Positions 1 through 8,633 of a DNA stretch of 55,235 bases are shown in pieces; within the stretch, counting starts at the first letter, position 1; the number at the start of each line of letters is the position of its first letter. The notes beneath the pieces are model-generated. The model saw only the letters and a list, made by a program, of their open reading frames with translations. It made no database searches and was not told where the DNA came from. This stretch comes from a virus, in IMG/VR virus record IMGVR_UViG_3300015203_000003, positions 1 to 55,235 of that record. One strand, written 5' to 3'. The position numbers and the translations under genes were made by a program.

Positions 1-88
1 CGCGGCAACCAGTGGCACGGCAGCAACGGCTAGCGCCCTCTCCGGAACGAACGGCGCGGTGGCGGCGACGGTAACGGGCTCGAACGTC
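1..88. repeat. Terminal direct repeat, left copy (identical to 55148..55235)
   Basis: The first 88 nt read base for base the same as the last 88 nt. The repeat lies inside an open reading frame. Confidence 0.95.
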
Positions 89-1171
89 AATTTCACGGCA
101 GTCCCCACTGTGGGCGGCACAACGCCACTAGTGACAAACCCCTTTGCGCAGGCAATGGACCAAGGGGTTGCGACGACGCATAGCCCCGCATGGATTGCCG
201 CGCACTTCGCCTCTGGCGCAGTCAGTATTGGGGACACAACCGGAAGTGCCGCTTATATTGACCAGAGTGGGAATTTTTACTTCGGGGACGTACTGGGTGA
301 TAATGGACTACAATTCAACCAAGTTGGGGGTCAGGAGTACCAGTTATCTGGTAGGTATAGGGGTGTGGATAGTTTTTACCTTGATACCCAAGGTTCTTGT
401 AGTTTTATAGGTGCGGGTTATTTTGCAGGTGGCGCAGTCAGCATCGGTAATTACTCCGGCTTAGGCTCAGTTGCTTCTATTGACTTAAGCGGAAACTTGT
501 TGGCCGCTACGATTAGTTCGGATAATGGTGGAGTGACTACGGATGGAGTTGGGGGTATAGTTGCTAATACGCTTGGTATTGGGCCTGTGTTTGGTAGCTA
601 CTATTTCACTGTAGATAATGTAGGTAATGTGAGCGCACCTGCTTACCTCGGAGACGGATCACGACTATCAAATCTCAACGCTTCAGCCCTTACTTCTGGG
701 ACCGTCCCATTTGCCCAGCTTCCCGTTGGAACTTCGGGCACGTCTGTTGCAATCGGAAATCAAGGCGTTAACACACTAACCCTGAACACGTCGAACGTAA
801 TTTATGCCACTCCGGTTATTTTCACTAATACCGGAACAAATGCTTGGGTGGGCACGCAGTCAATGAATTTTCAACCTGCAAAGACGTTCTTCGGAAATGG
901 AACAAGTGGAACCGCCGCGCCAACATTCATGAATGCCGCAACGGCTCGTGCGGCCCTTGGGGTTATTGTGCGCGTTACTGGAACGCTTGCTTCCGGGTCA
1001 GCCACCCTTGGGAATGCGGCCATCAGCGGCAGTAACTGTTGGGTTCAAGACAACGCTTCAAGCCTTACAAACGTGGGGTCACTCACGGTCACTACGTCGG
1101 GCACAACCGCCACCATACAAAGCACGAACGTCCTCGATACCTCTCCATTCTCACTATTCATCGCACCATAA
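2..1171 (+). CDS. Tail fibre protein, C-terminal part (same ORF as 54795..55235 once the terminal overlap is collapsed)
   Basis: Track ORF 59..1171 is open back to nt 2 and is in frame with 54795..55235 through the 88-nt overlap. Gly/Ser/Thr-rich repeats and the motif LNASALTSGTVPFAQLP are typical of fibres. Confidence 0.8.
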   Translation, partial: AATSGTAATASALSGTNGAVAATVTGSNVNFTAVPTVGGTTPLVTNPFAQAMDQGVATTHSPAWIAAHFASGAVSIGDTTGSAAYIDQSGNFYFGDVLGDNGLQFNQVGGQEYQLSGRYRGVDSFYLDTQGSCSFIGAGYFAGGAVSIGNYSGLGSVASIDLSGNLLAATISSDNGGVTTDGVGGIVANTLGIGPVFGSYYFTVDNVGNVSAPAYLGDGSRLSNLNASALTSGTVPFAQLPVGTSGTSVAIGNQGVNTLTLNTSNVIYATPVIFTNTGTNAWVGTQSMNFQPAKTFFGNGTSGTAAPTFMNAATARAALGVIVRVTGTLASGSATLGNAAISGSNCWVQDNASSLTNVGSLTVTTSGTTATIQSTNVLDTSPFSLFIAP

Positions 1172-1179
1172 AACTCACC

Positions 1180-1467
1180 ATGAAAAAAACCATAGCAATC
1201 ATCGGGGCTGTGCTCGTCGCAGTCGTTATCCACGCTCAATCACCTACGCCGTCGCCGTCTGCCGCGCCCATCGTAGTTCCTACGCCCGCTGTGGTGCAGG
1301 TGGAACAGCCCGTGACCATCGCCCTGTCGCCCGCCCAGGTGCAGGGACTCGTCACAACCCTCGCAACGGCTGGTATCACCCTGCCCGCAGGAATCAAAAA
1401 CCTGAACCTCCGGGTTATTACTACCGGTACGAATGCTGGCGGGGCTATTGTAAATCTCCGGTTCTGA
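1180..1467 (+). CDS. Small exported protein, fibre-locus accessory
   Basis: Internal ATG at 1180, just after the fibre stop. The N-terminus MKKTIAIIGAVLVAVVIHA/QS resembles a Sec signal peptide. The mature part is Pro/Val-rich. Confidence 0.55.
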   Translation: MKKTIAIIGAVLVAVVIHAQSPTPSPSAAPIVVPTPAVVQVEQPVTIALSPAQVQGLVTTLATAGITLPAGIKNLNLRVITTGTNAGGAIVNLRF

Positions 1468-1512
1468 CCGCTGTGCCTCCCCTCTCCATAGCGCAGGTAA
1501 GCGAGAATCATT

Positions 1513-1959
1513 ATGCCACCTGAATCCTGGGCACTTTTCGGAGGATGGTTCGCCGCTGGCGTGTGCGTAATCTGGGGCTTCTTCCAGAAGTTCAACAAGC
1601 AGCACGTTCGAAGTGACTTAATTGCCGCCGCCGATGCTGCTGCAATTATTTCAGGAAAGGACGAGTTGATTAAAGTCCAGACGGAACGGGCTGAAACCTG
1701 GAAGGCGCAGTTTGACCGCGAGCACGAAGGGCGTGAAAACGACCGCACTTACCACCACTCGAAACTAGAAGCGAGCAACACCCTCGTGCTGAAATGTACT
1801 TGCGAAGTGGCAGAGCTTCGGGCTAAGACAGACTTGAGCCCGATTCACGATAAGCTTGAAAAACAGGATGCGATCAATGCCCAGATGATTAACACCCTGA
1901 ACACCATCAGCCAAACACTGCAAGTGCTCGTGCAGAAAATCACGGGAGAGCGTGCATGA
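1513..1959 (+). CDS. N-terminally membrane-anchored coiled-coil protein (i-spanin-like or holin-associated lysis candidate)
   Basis: One N-terminal TM segment (WALFGGWFAAGVCVIWGFF) is followed by a long charged helical region. It heads a run of overlapping membrane/lipoprotein genes. Confidence 0.45.
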   Translation: MPPESWALFGGWFAAGVCVIWGFFQKFNKQHVRSDLIAAADAAAIISGKDELIKVQTERAETWKAQFDREHEGRENDRTYHHSKLEASNTLVLKCTCEVAELRAKTDLSPIHDKLEKQDAINAQMINTLNTISQTLQVLVQKITGERA

Positions 1960-2138
1960 CCAATGACGCAGCAAATCAAAGCGGCCCGAAAGCGTTTGCT
2001 CTCTTCTATGAAGAGGCGCAGGGGAACGCCGTGCGCAAAGTGTCCTTTTGTTCCGCGTCTTCATCGGTCGGATATTCTTTGCATTGGGCTCCTCGTTGGC
2101 ATTCTGATAGGACGTTGGAAATGGAGAAAATGATATGA
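1956..2138 (+). CDS. Hypothetical protein
   Basis: ATGA start/stop overlaps with both neighbours suggest translational coupling. No recognisable motif. Confidence 0.4.
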   Translation: MTNDAANQSGPKAFALFYEEAQGNAVRKVSFCSASSSVGYSLHWAPRWHSDRTLEMEKMI

Positions 2139-2428
2139 ACCCGAAACTACAGGCCAAAATATCCGCCATCGTCTCAGGCGTCAGCGGATTCATCGTTTAC
2201 CTAACGACGCTGCCGCCCGAGCAACAGGACGCCGTGACGGGCCCCATCGTCGCGCTCATCCCGGTTCACTGGCGACCTGAAATCAGCTTGATCGGCAAAG
2301 CGATCATGACCGTTTCGACGTTCTGGGCCATCTTCAAGGCGGCTCACAGCGGGCCGCAGACGCCGCCTGTTGACGTTGTTCCGCCAGCCCCAAAGCCACC
2401 CGTAGCCGCAGAAGTCCAAAAACTATGA
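2135..2428 (+). CDS. Membrane protein, holin candidate
   Basis: 97 aa with two to three hydrophobic segments and a Pro-rich tail. ATGA overlaps on both sides. Confidence 0.45.
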   Translation: MNPKLQAKISAIVSGVSGFIVYLTTLPPEQQDAVTGPIVALIPVHWRPEISLIGKAIMTVSTFWAIFKAAHSGPQTPPVDVVPPAPKPPVAAEVQKL

Positions 2429-2619
2429 TCCCATTCGCCATCCTCGCCACCGGAGGGCTCATCGGTCTTCTGGTTCACCTCATCGTTTTCTGCATCATCG
2501 CAGGGTTGATTTGGTATCTGCTCTCATTGCTGCCTATCCAGCAGCCGTGGATTAACATCGTGCGCATCCTCTTTATTCTGATCTGCGTCCTTGTCATCCT
2601 CGAATACGTCCCGCTCTAA
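2425..2619 (+). CDS. Small two-TM membrane protein, holin/antiholin candidate
   Basis: 64 aa, almost entirely hydrophobic (two TM helices). Lies within the lysis cluster. Confidence 0.45.
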   Translation: MIPFAILATGGLIGLLVHLIVFCIIAGLIWYLLSLLPIQQPWINIVRILFILICVLVILEYVPL

Positions 2620-2659
2620 TTTATCCCCGCAGCCTAAACTCCCAAAACTCCATCAAAAA

Positions 2660-3061
2660 ATGAAATATACCGAAAAATTAGGGCTTATAGCCCTGGCCGT
2701 AACCGCGCTGGCCCTCACCGGCTGCGCCTCATTGACTCCCAGCCAGCAGGCCACGATCACCACGACCGAAAACACGCTGGCCACTGCCGCCACGGTCGCC
2801 GCGACGTTCACCGGCAACAAGAAGGCCAGCAGCGACCTGTACGCGCTTGCCGCGGTCGCGACGGCGTATGGCAAAGCGCCGGTGCCGACTAACATCGCAC
2901 AGGCCACAGCTCCGCTGAACCCCGGCGTTGTCGGAGTCGTTCTGCCGCTGATTACCGGGAAGGCCAACAGCCCGAAGACGCAGTCGATCATCGACGGTGC
3001 GGCGAAGATTCTGGCGACGTTGCCACAGGCGATCCCCACTCCGGATGCGAGCGTACCGTAA
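2660..3061 (+). CDS. Lipoprotein
   Basis: Internal ATG at 2660. The signal peptide ends in the lipobox LALTGC. The mature part is Ala/Thr-rich. Confidence 0.6.
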   Translation: MKYTEKLGLIALAVTALALTGCASLTPSQQATITTTENTLATAATVAATFTGNKKASSDLYALAAVATAYGKAPVPTNIAQATAPLNPGVVGVVLPLITGKANSPKTQSIIDGAAKILATLPQAIPTPDASVP

Positions 3062-3067
3062 ATCCCC

Positions 3068-3280
3068 ATGAAGGCGCTCATGCTGCTGTTCCTGCTCCTG
3101 ACCGGATGCACGTTGTTCCAGCGGCAGGACGTGCTGTTCAGGAGCCGGGTCAGTGACGTGAATTTGCAGGCGACGAACAGCTACGCCGATTCGAGGACCG
3201 GGATCTCCGATAGCTCATCCTTGGGCGTCGATTTCAAGCTGCGCGACCCCTCGAAGAACCCGGTGCCGTTTGCGAAATGA
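3068..3280 (+). CDS. Small lipoprotein, o-spanin candidate
   Basis: MKALMLLFLLLTGC lipobox. 70 aa. ATGA overlap with the next gene. Confidence 0.5.
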   Translation: MKALMLLFLLLTGCTLFQRQDVLFRSRVSDVNLQATNSYADSRTGISDSSSLGVDFKLRDPSKNPVPFAK

Positions 3281-3714
3281 ACCGCTTCTTCAACATCGAC
3301 GGCGACACGTCAACCCAGCTTGCGCCTTGGACGCTGCAATCGATGGGCAAGCCGCTGAACGTCGCGCTGTTCAAGCTGCTCATCCCGATTCGGTTCCGGT
3401 CTGACATTGCGGGCGGCGTCATCGTCGTTCCCTCCGGGTACATTTCAGACTTGGCCTCAATCCCTCAGTTCGCCTGGTCGATCTTCATGGCCTCGGATGA
3501 TCCGCGCATCGAGCTTGGAGCATGGGTGCATGACCTGCTCTACGGCGCGCAGGGCAAGGTGACGCTGGAAGATGGCACGGTAACGGCGCTCACCCGTGAC
3601 CAGTGCGACCATATCCTTGCGTTCGAGGCGATGACGGACCTGATGGCCGAAAAGATTCAACAGGACGCGGTTTACGAGGCGCTGAAAAACTTTGGAGATA
3701 GGTGGGAAACATGA
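3277..3714 (+). CDS. DUF1353-like protein
   Basis: The motifs VPSGYISDLASIPQFAW and AWVHDLLY match my memory of the DUF1353 signature. The gene is coupled to the wall-hydrolase candidate. Confidence 0.55.
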   Translation: MNRFFNIDGDTSTQLAPWTLQSMGKPLNVALFKLLIPIRFRSDIAGGVIVVPSGYISDLASIPQFAWSIFMASDDPRIELGAWVHDLLYGAQGKVTLEDGTVTALTRDQCDHILAFEAMTDLMAEKIQQDAVYEALKNFGDRWET

Positions 3715-4214
3715 ATCAAATCCAGCAAATTCAAGGCATCTTGGGCGTGGCGCCCGATGGAAATTTTGGACCGGTATCTATGGCTGCGCTTCAGGCGCTG
3801 ATTCACTCCACGCCGTCAACGATTCACAGCGTCATGGCGTCCTCGTTTGCCGATCCTGCCGACGTTGCGGCGTACCGGGACGCCAAGGCACGAGGGCTGA
3901 GTGACGAACAGGCGTTTAAGGTCGGAGACAACGCCATCGGCTGCTACGGCGACGACACGAGCGAAGGCAGCGGCCCATCATGCGCATTGCCCCCGGAGGA
4001 TATTCAGGAGAAATGGGGCAGCGTAGCCGGTGGCCGAGGGAAGCCGGTCCTCGTCTCGGCCGGCGGCAAGACTGTGACCGCGCTGTTGAAAGATTGCATG
4101 CCGCACCGCGCCCACATCGAGAATGGCGCTGGCATCGATCTGAATCCCGATACGGTTGCCGCCCTGGGGCTTGTGCCGCCGGTCATGGTTACGGCGACCT
4201 GGCAGTGGGCCTGA
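3711..4214 (+). CDS. Endolysin candidate: peptidoglycan-binding domain plus RlpA/DPBB-like domain
   Basis: ATG 3711 overlaps the upstream stop (ATGA). N-terminal GVAPDGNFGPVSMAALQAL looks like PG_binding_1. The C-terminal part (VLVSAGGKTVTALLKDCMP...GAGIDLNPDTVAALGL) resembles a double-psi beta-barrel. Confidence 0.5.
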   Translation: MNQIQQIQGILGVAPDGNFGPVSMAALQALIHSTPSTIHSVMASSFADPADVAAYRDAKARGLSDEQAFKVGDNAIGCYGDDTSEGSGPSCALPPEDIQEKWGSVAGGRGKPVLVSAGGKTVTALLKDCMPHRAHIENGAGIDLNPDTVAALGLVPPVMVTATWQWA

Positions 4215-4395
4215 TCCAGCCGTGGCTGCGGCGGGATGCCGTCACGGAGTTTGCGACGTTGCTCGGGCAGTAGGCTCAGTGGTCGAACATATTTTGCGGC
4301 CGGACGCGGGGCCGAATGTCTGACAAAAGTTTTCGGCGTAGAGGCTTGCGGCGGTTAGGGTTGCGAGGAATCGTAAAAGTGGAGCAAGATTTTTA

Positions 4396-4423
4396 TTGTG
4401 TAGTGGGCATTCCGTGGGCATAG
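4396..4423 (+). promoter_or_regulatory. Promoter-like element TTGTGT-N16-GCATAG, 8 nt upstream of ATG 4432
   Basis: Same geometry as six other elements in this genome. A GTGGGCAT direct repeat overlaps the spacer and the -10. Confidence 0.4.
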
Positions 4424-4431
4424 TCCTACCC

Positions 4432-4614
4432 ATGCCAAGAAAAGCGGCCACAAAACGCGGCGACTTAAAAATGAGGATCAGTGCCGATAATTTGAAGGCC
4501 CTGCGCCCTGCCGCCAAGGAAGCCGTACGAACTGTTACCGGCCAGATCAATTTCATCCTGGACGGCTGGCGCACCGAACTGCGCAAGGGGCCGAAGCTGC
4601 AACCAAGGAGCTGA
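4432..4614 (+). CDS. Ribbon-helix-helix (Arc/CopG-like) DNA-binding protein
   Basis: Internal ATG at 4432. A basic N-terminus is followed by a strand-helix-helix pattern (LKMRISADNLKALRPAAKEAVRTVTGQINFILDGW). Confidence 0.5.
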   Translation: MPRKAATKRGDLKMRISADNLKALRPAAKEAVRTVTGQINFILDGWRTELRKGPKLQPRS

Positions 4615-4711
4615 TTATGGACATCGAGATTATTGCTGGGGAGAAAAAGAACTGACCGACCGGAGCATCCTGCCGAGGCCCGCAAGGGGCGGCTCTTCAC
4701 CTCTCTAACCA

Positions 4712-4903
4712 ATGAGCACACCGACATTCATTTACCCGGAGCCGATCCAAAGGCTTGCGCGGAGGTTGTCTAGCGAGCCCCTGCTTGAATACGAAGACCT
4801 TTGCGAGATTATCAATAACGAGATCGGGGACGAGTTGAAGGGTGAGGAATCCTTTGACGGGTACGAGGCCGACAAATTGCGGGCCAGCATGGAGGATCAA
4901 TAA
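4712..4903 (+). CDS. Hypothetical acidic protein
   Basis: 63-aa ORF immediately upstream of the annealase gene. No motif recognised. Confidence 0.5.
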   Translation: MSTPTFIYPEPIQRLARRLSSEPLLEYEDLCEIINNEIGDELKGEESFDGYEADKLRASMEDQ

Positions 4904-4905
4904 AT

Positions 4906-5652
4906 ATGGGAAAAGAAATAACGGTTAAGGAACTCGAATTGGCACGCATGCCGGAGCCATCTGTTGGCGCTCTTATGCAACAGGTTGTCAGCGCCGGGAT
5001 TACGCCTGACACGGTTTCGGTTATGAAAGACCTCATCGCCATGAAAAACGACTTGGAGGAGCGCGAGGCGAGGAAGGATTTTGCGCGGGCCTTCGTTCAG
5101 ATGCAAAAAGAGATGCCGAGCGTTAAGGCGATCAAAGCCGTCATGGACGGCGACAAGGTGCGCTACTATTTCGCGCCCTTCGAGCACATCAGGGAAGAGG
5201 CACGCCCGATACTTACAGCCAACGGGTTTGCCGTATCCTTCGATACGAAAGTGGAAGACTCCCGGCTAATTTCGTTCTGCACCCTCACTCACGAGGGAGG
5301 CCACTCGCAGACCAATCAGTTTGCCTGCCGGTACACGAAGCCTCCCGGAACGAGCGATGCGCAGGGCGATATGTCCACGAAGTCTTACGCGATGCGTGGG
5401 GCGTTCTGTGACGCCTGCGGCATCGTTATCGACAAGGATACGGATGGTGACGACGTGCGCGGGCTGGGCGGCAAGGTGACGCCACAGCAGGCCGAATCCC
5501 TCCGCAAGCGCGTCCGCGACACGGAATCGGACGAAGCCCGGTTTTTGAAGTACGCTGGGGCCGACGACTTTGAAGACATCGATGAAGCCCGATATTCTCT
5601 TCTCGACTCGCACCTATCCAAAAAGGAGGCCGAGAATGCCAAAGGTTTTTAA
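4906..5652 (+). CDS. ERF-family single-strand annealing protein
   Basis: KVRYYFAPFEHIREEARPILTANGFAVSF and STKSYAMRGAFCDACGIV resemble the ERF core motifs. The gene is followed by an exonuclease gene. Confidence 0.7.
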   Translation: MGKEITVKELELARMPEPSVGALMQQVVSAGITPDTVSVMKDLIAMKNDLEEREARKDFARAFVQMQKEMPSVKAIKAVMDGDKVRYYFAPFEHIREEARPILTANGFAVSFDTKVEDSRLISFCTLTHEGGHSQTNQFACRYTKPPGTSDAQGDMSTKSYAMRGAFCDACGIVIDKDTDGDDVRGLGGKVTPQQAESLRKRVRDTESDEARFLKYAGADDFEDIDEARYSLLDSHLSKKEAENAKGF

Positions 5653-6253
5653 CTTCGAGCAAGGGTCCGTTTCGTGGTTCGAGGCGCGGCTTGGGAAGCC
5701 AACCGCCAGTGAATTTCACCGAATCATGGACACGGGATTTAATTACCGAAAAGGCGAAATGCCCTACACGTTTCTTTGCGAAAAGGTCGCAGAGAAATGG
5801 CGCGGGGAACCGCTGCCAGGCTTCGCCGGATCGTGGGAAACCGATCAAGGCAAGATTCGTGAGGTGGCCGACGCTCGCCCGTGGTATGAGCTTGAATACG
5901 ATTGCGACGTACAACAAGTGGGGTTTATCGAGACAGACGATGGCCGGTGCGGATGCAGCCCAGACGGACTGATAGGAGACGAAGGCGGGATCGAAATCAA
6001 GTGCCCTGAACCCATCGCGCATACGAAGTACCTACTCTCTGGAGAACTGCCCTCCGCCTATATTCAACAGGTTCACGGGAGCCTGTTTGTGACGGGGCGC
6101 AAGTGGTGGAAATTCCTAAGCTATCGACGCGAGTTTCCTCCGCTACTAATTACCATCGAACGAGACGAGCAAATCATGGCAAAAATAGCGGAATCACTCA
6201 CCCGATTCTACGGATTTTTTGACGAGGCAATAAAACAACTGGAGGTACTATGA
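5636..6253 (+). CDS. YqaJ/lambda-Exo-like PD-(D/E)XK recombination exonuclease
   Basis: ATG 5636 follows an AAGGAGG Shine-Dalgarno sequence. The N-terminal FEQGSVSWFEARLGKPTASEFHRI is a YqaJ signature. The motif GIEIKCPE is also present. Confidence 0.75.
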   Translation: MPKVFNFEQGSVSWFEARLGKPTASEFHRIMDTGFNYRKGEMPYTFLCEKVAEKWRGEPLPGFAGSWETDQGKIREVADARPWYELEYDCDVQQVGFIETDDGRCGCSPDGLIGDEGGIEIKCPEPIAHTKYLLSGELPSAYIQQVHGSLFVTGRKWWKFLSYRREFPPLLITIERDEQIMAKIAESLTRFYGFFDEAIKQLEVL

Positions 6254-6435
6254 GCCTCGACGAAGCCCGAGAAACCCTGGAGTCGCGGCGGCGCCTGCAC
6301 CCGACGCCGAACCGGATCGAGTGCGCCTGGTGCCGGGCGGTGATGCGGGGCGGCTGCGAGCCGGTCAGCCACGGTATCTGCGACCGATGCAAGGCCGAGC
6401 AGCTTGGGCAGGTGCAGGCGAAGGGGGACGCATGA
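6250..6435 (+). CDS. Small Cys-rich (zinc-ribbon-like) protein
   Basis: Contains CAWC...CDRC. ATGA overlaps on both sides. Confidence 0.55.
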   Translation: MSLDEARETLESRRRLHPTPNRIECAWCRAVMRGGCEPVSHGICDRCKAEQLGQVQAKGDA

Positions 6436-6761
6436 GACTATTTAGACCAGCTATTACACTCAAGGCAAGCGGCATCAAATGTGACGCCGAGGGATGCGAC
6501 TACCTAAATGATACCGTTAGCTTTCACGACTATGGAAAGTGGTTGAATCGGCCATGCCCTAAATGCGGATCAAACCTTCTTACTCAAGCCGATTTGACCA
6601 CCTTAAATCGGATCATGAAATTTGTTAGGTTTGCGAATTTCATCCTGTTCCCGTGGGCTATATTGTCGTGGATTATTGGCTCTAGCCGCATTGGATTGAG
6701 AATCAAGATGAATGGGACCGGAAAAATCGAAACCGAAGATTTAGGAAAGGCACGGACATGA
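6432..6761 (+). CDS. Zinc-ribbon protein with C-terminal hydrophobic segment
   Basis: ATG 6432 overlaps the upstream stop. Contains CDAEGC...CPKCG and a TM-like FILFPWAILSWIIG segment. Confidence 0.55.
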   Translation: MRLFRPAITLKASGIKCDAEGCDYLNDTVSFHDYGKWLNRPCPKCGSNLLTQADLTTLNRIMKFVRFANFILFPWAILSWIIGSSRIGLRIKMNGTGKIETEDLGKART

Positions 6762-6994
6762 GTGACATACCTGCATTTCCTCAAGGCATAGCGGGGACTA
6801 CGGACGGCGGTACATACACTGGTTTCGAGAAGCACCCAGATTTTGGAGGCATGACTCTTCGGGACTACTTCGCGGCGAAGGCCATGGCTGCAATGCTCTG
6901 CCCGGAAGATGCCAATTCGTCGGATGGGGGTAGAATCTCCGCTACCGCCTACAGGTACGCCGACACAATGATGAAGGAGAGAGAATCAAAATGA
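6758..6994 (+). CDS. Hypothetical phage protein
   Basis: ATGA-coupled. The MTLRDYFAAKAMAAML motif is common in small phage proteins of unknown function. Confidence 0.55.
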   Translation: MSDIPAFPQGIAGTTDGGTYTGFEKHPDFGGMTLRDYFAAKAMAAMLCPEDANSSDGGRISATAYRYADTMMKERESK

Positions 6995-7275
6995 GAACCT
7001 GTGAAGAATGCGGCAAAGAAGAAAGCCGCTGCCACTGTAACCAGCCGCGATGGGACAGTGACCGCGCCGATGAACCCCACCCGATCCGCATCAGTCGCGA
7101 CGGCATGGGCGTCCGCGTCCAGCTACAGGGCGCCAGCACCTACGTCACGGTCGCCACGGCCCAGGAAGCGCACGACCTGTTGACCGACCACTGCCCGGAC
7201 GGTGAGACGGTGCGGGTGCAGTGGGACGTGCGGCCTTGGGATGCCGTGGCGGGAATCAGGAAAGCAATCAAATGA
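6991..7275 (+). CDS. Hypothetical Cys-containing protein
   Basis: ATGA-coupled on both sides. N-terminal CEECG...CHC. Confidence 0.5.
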   Translation: MRTCEECGKEESRCHCNQPRWDSDRADEPHPIRISRDGMGVRVQLQGASTYVTVATAQEAHDLLTDHCPDGETVRVQWDVRPWDAVAGIRKAIK

Positions 7276-8633
7276 GCGAACCCAAGATTGAACCGGGTGA
7301 AGAAAGTCGTTTCCACTCATCGGGAGACACGCGCCAAAAGCTCCCACCCGCACCCGTGACAACCGGAGGGAAGTGCCCGACGTGCGACGGTCGTGGCTTC
7401 GAAATAGGCGACGAAACGCTCTACCGCTATCCCTGCCCCGACTGCCACGGAACCGGCCAGAAAGCTCAACCAGAAAGTGAGGTGAAATCATGCAAGGTAA
7501 GTGCTCCTGCACAAATTATCTCGACGAACAGTGCGCCATCCATGGAACAGCAGCCATGCGCAAGTAACGCCGCGCCTACGTCCAACCCGGAAAGCGCGGC
7601 AATGACTCCCCTGGAGATTTCTGAGTTTTATGTTGGTTCCCATCACCCTAACGAACGAAGCAAGATTCCGCAGATCATACTGAATTACGAGGACTATATG
7701 ACAATCGTAAATGAGTTGCGTAAAGTGTCCCAGCAACAAGTATCCAGTGACGATGCGGCGAACCTTTCCAGCGAAACAATCCGAGGCCACAAGGTTATTG
7801 ACTCGTCGCCCGAGTTTATCGCCGAGGTAGAAGCCACACGCAAGACGCCTGAATACGCAAAGGAAATAGCGAACGTTTCCAGCGAGGACGAGTGCATCTG
7901 CGTGACACTGCCCTTAGGCAATCGACCCCGTTCTATCTTCTGCCCCAAACACGGGCCTGCCAGCGAGGACGCGGGGGAGGCGTGGATTGAGTGGAAGGTC
8001 AAAACTAACAATCCACATTCCATGCACCGGGAAATCTTCCTTGCAGGCCGTGCCTCCCAGCAACAGGCCATCGCAGCCCTGACGGCAGAGGTTGAGCGCT
8101 GGAAAGAAGATTCGATGCGTCAAGCGGCCACCATTAACCGTTTAGCGGCTGCGGCAGAAGACCGAAACGAAGTCGATAAAAACAGGGAAAAGATGCACGC
8201 GGAAGACCTTGCCAACCTGCGGCATGAACTTGACGACGAGCGCAGGATATCAAAAGCCACCGATGAGCTAGCAAGATCATTATCAGAAGGAGGTAAGATG
8301 CTTCGCCAGGAACTCGCCGCGAAAGAGGCGGCGTGTCACGCAATGAGGGCGGCACTGGAGGCCGTAGGCTTTTATTATCAGAACGCGGGTTTCCTTCACT
8401 CTAGGGAATGCCTGGGTGGAAGCCGGTGTGAATGCGGGGCATTCGAAGCTAGATATAAAATGGACGACATTGAACACACTATGTCCACCTCCGTATGGAA
8501 GGGCTGGCGGTCCCCGGAAGAGTGGGAGCGGAGAACGCGTGTGCTAAAGGACGTAATGGCTTCCCTTGAGTTGCAGGGTATTTTTAACGAATCATTAGCA
8601 GCAGCACGAAAAGAACTGGAGGACAACCAATGA
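7272..8633 (+). CDS. Hypothetical protein with DnaJ-type CxxCxGxG zinc fingers and a coiled coil
   Basis: ATG 7272 overlaps the upstream stop. CPTCDGRG and CPDCHGTG motifs are followed by a long heptad-like charged region. Confidence 0.6.
   Translation: MSEPKIEPGEESRFHSSGDTRQKLPPAPVTTGGKCPTCDGRGFEIGDETLYRYPCPDCHGTGQKAQPESEVKSCKVSAPAQIISTNSAPSMEQQPCASNAAPTSNPESAAMTPLEISEFYVGSHHPNERSKIPQIILNYEDYMTIVNELRKVSQQQVSSDDAANLSSETIRGHKVIDSSPEFIAEVEATRKTPEYAKEIANVSSEDECICVTLPLGNRPRSIFCPKHGPASEDAGEAWIEWKVKTNNPHSMHREIFLAGRASQQQAIAALTAEVERWKEDSMRQAATINRLAAAAEDRNEVDKNREKMHAEDLANLRHELDDERRISKATDELARSLSEGGKMLRQELAAKEAACHAMRAALEAVGFYYQNAGFLHSRECLGGSRCECGAFEARYKMDDIEHTMSTSVWKGWRSPEEWERRTRVLKDVMASLELQGIFNESLAAARKELEDNQ

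Noticed and set aside
1-88. The terminal repeat as a genuine T7-like physical direct terminal repeat
   Set aside because: It lies in the middle of the tail-fibre reading frame. Assembly closure of a circular or permuted molecule is the simpler explanation.
4273-4290. GGCTCAGTGGTCGAACAT, reminiscent of a tRNA D-arm
   Set aside because: I could not build an acceptor stem, anticodon stem or T-arm from the flanking sequence. The D-stem itself has a mismatch.
4242-4727. 161-aa minus-strand ORF spanning the lysis/early intergenic region and the RHH gene
   Set aside because: It overlaps the promoter-like element and the better-supported RHH ORF on the plus strand. The orientation runs against both flanking operons, and the product is Arg/Ser-rich.
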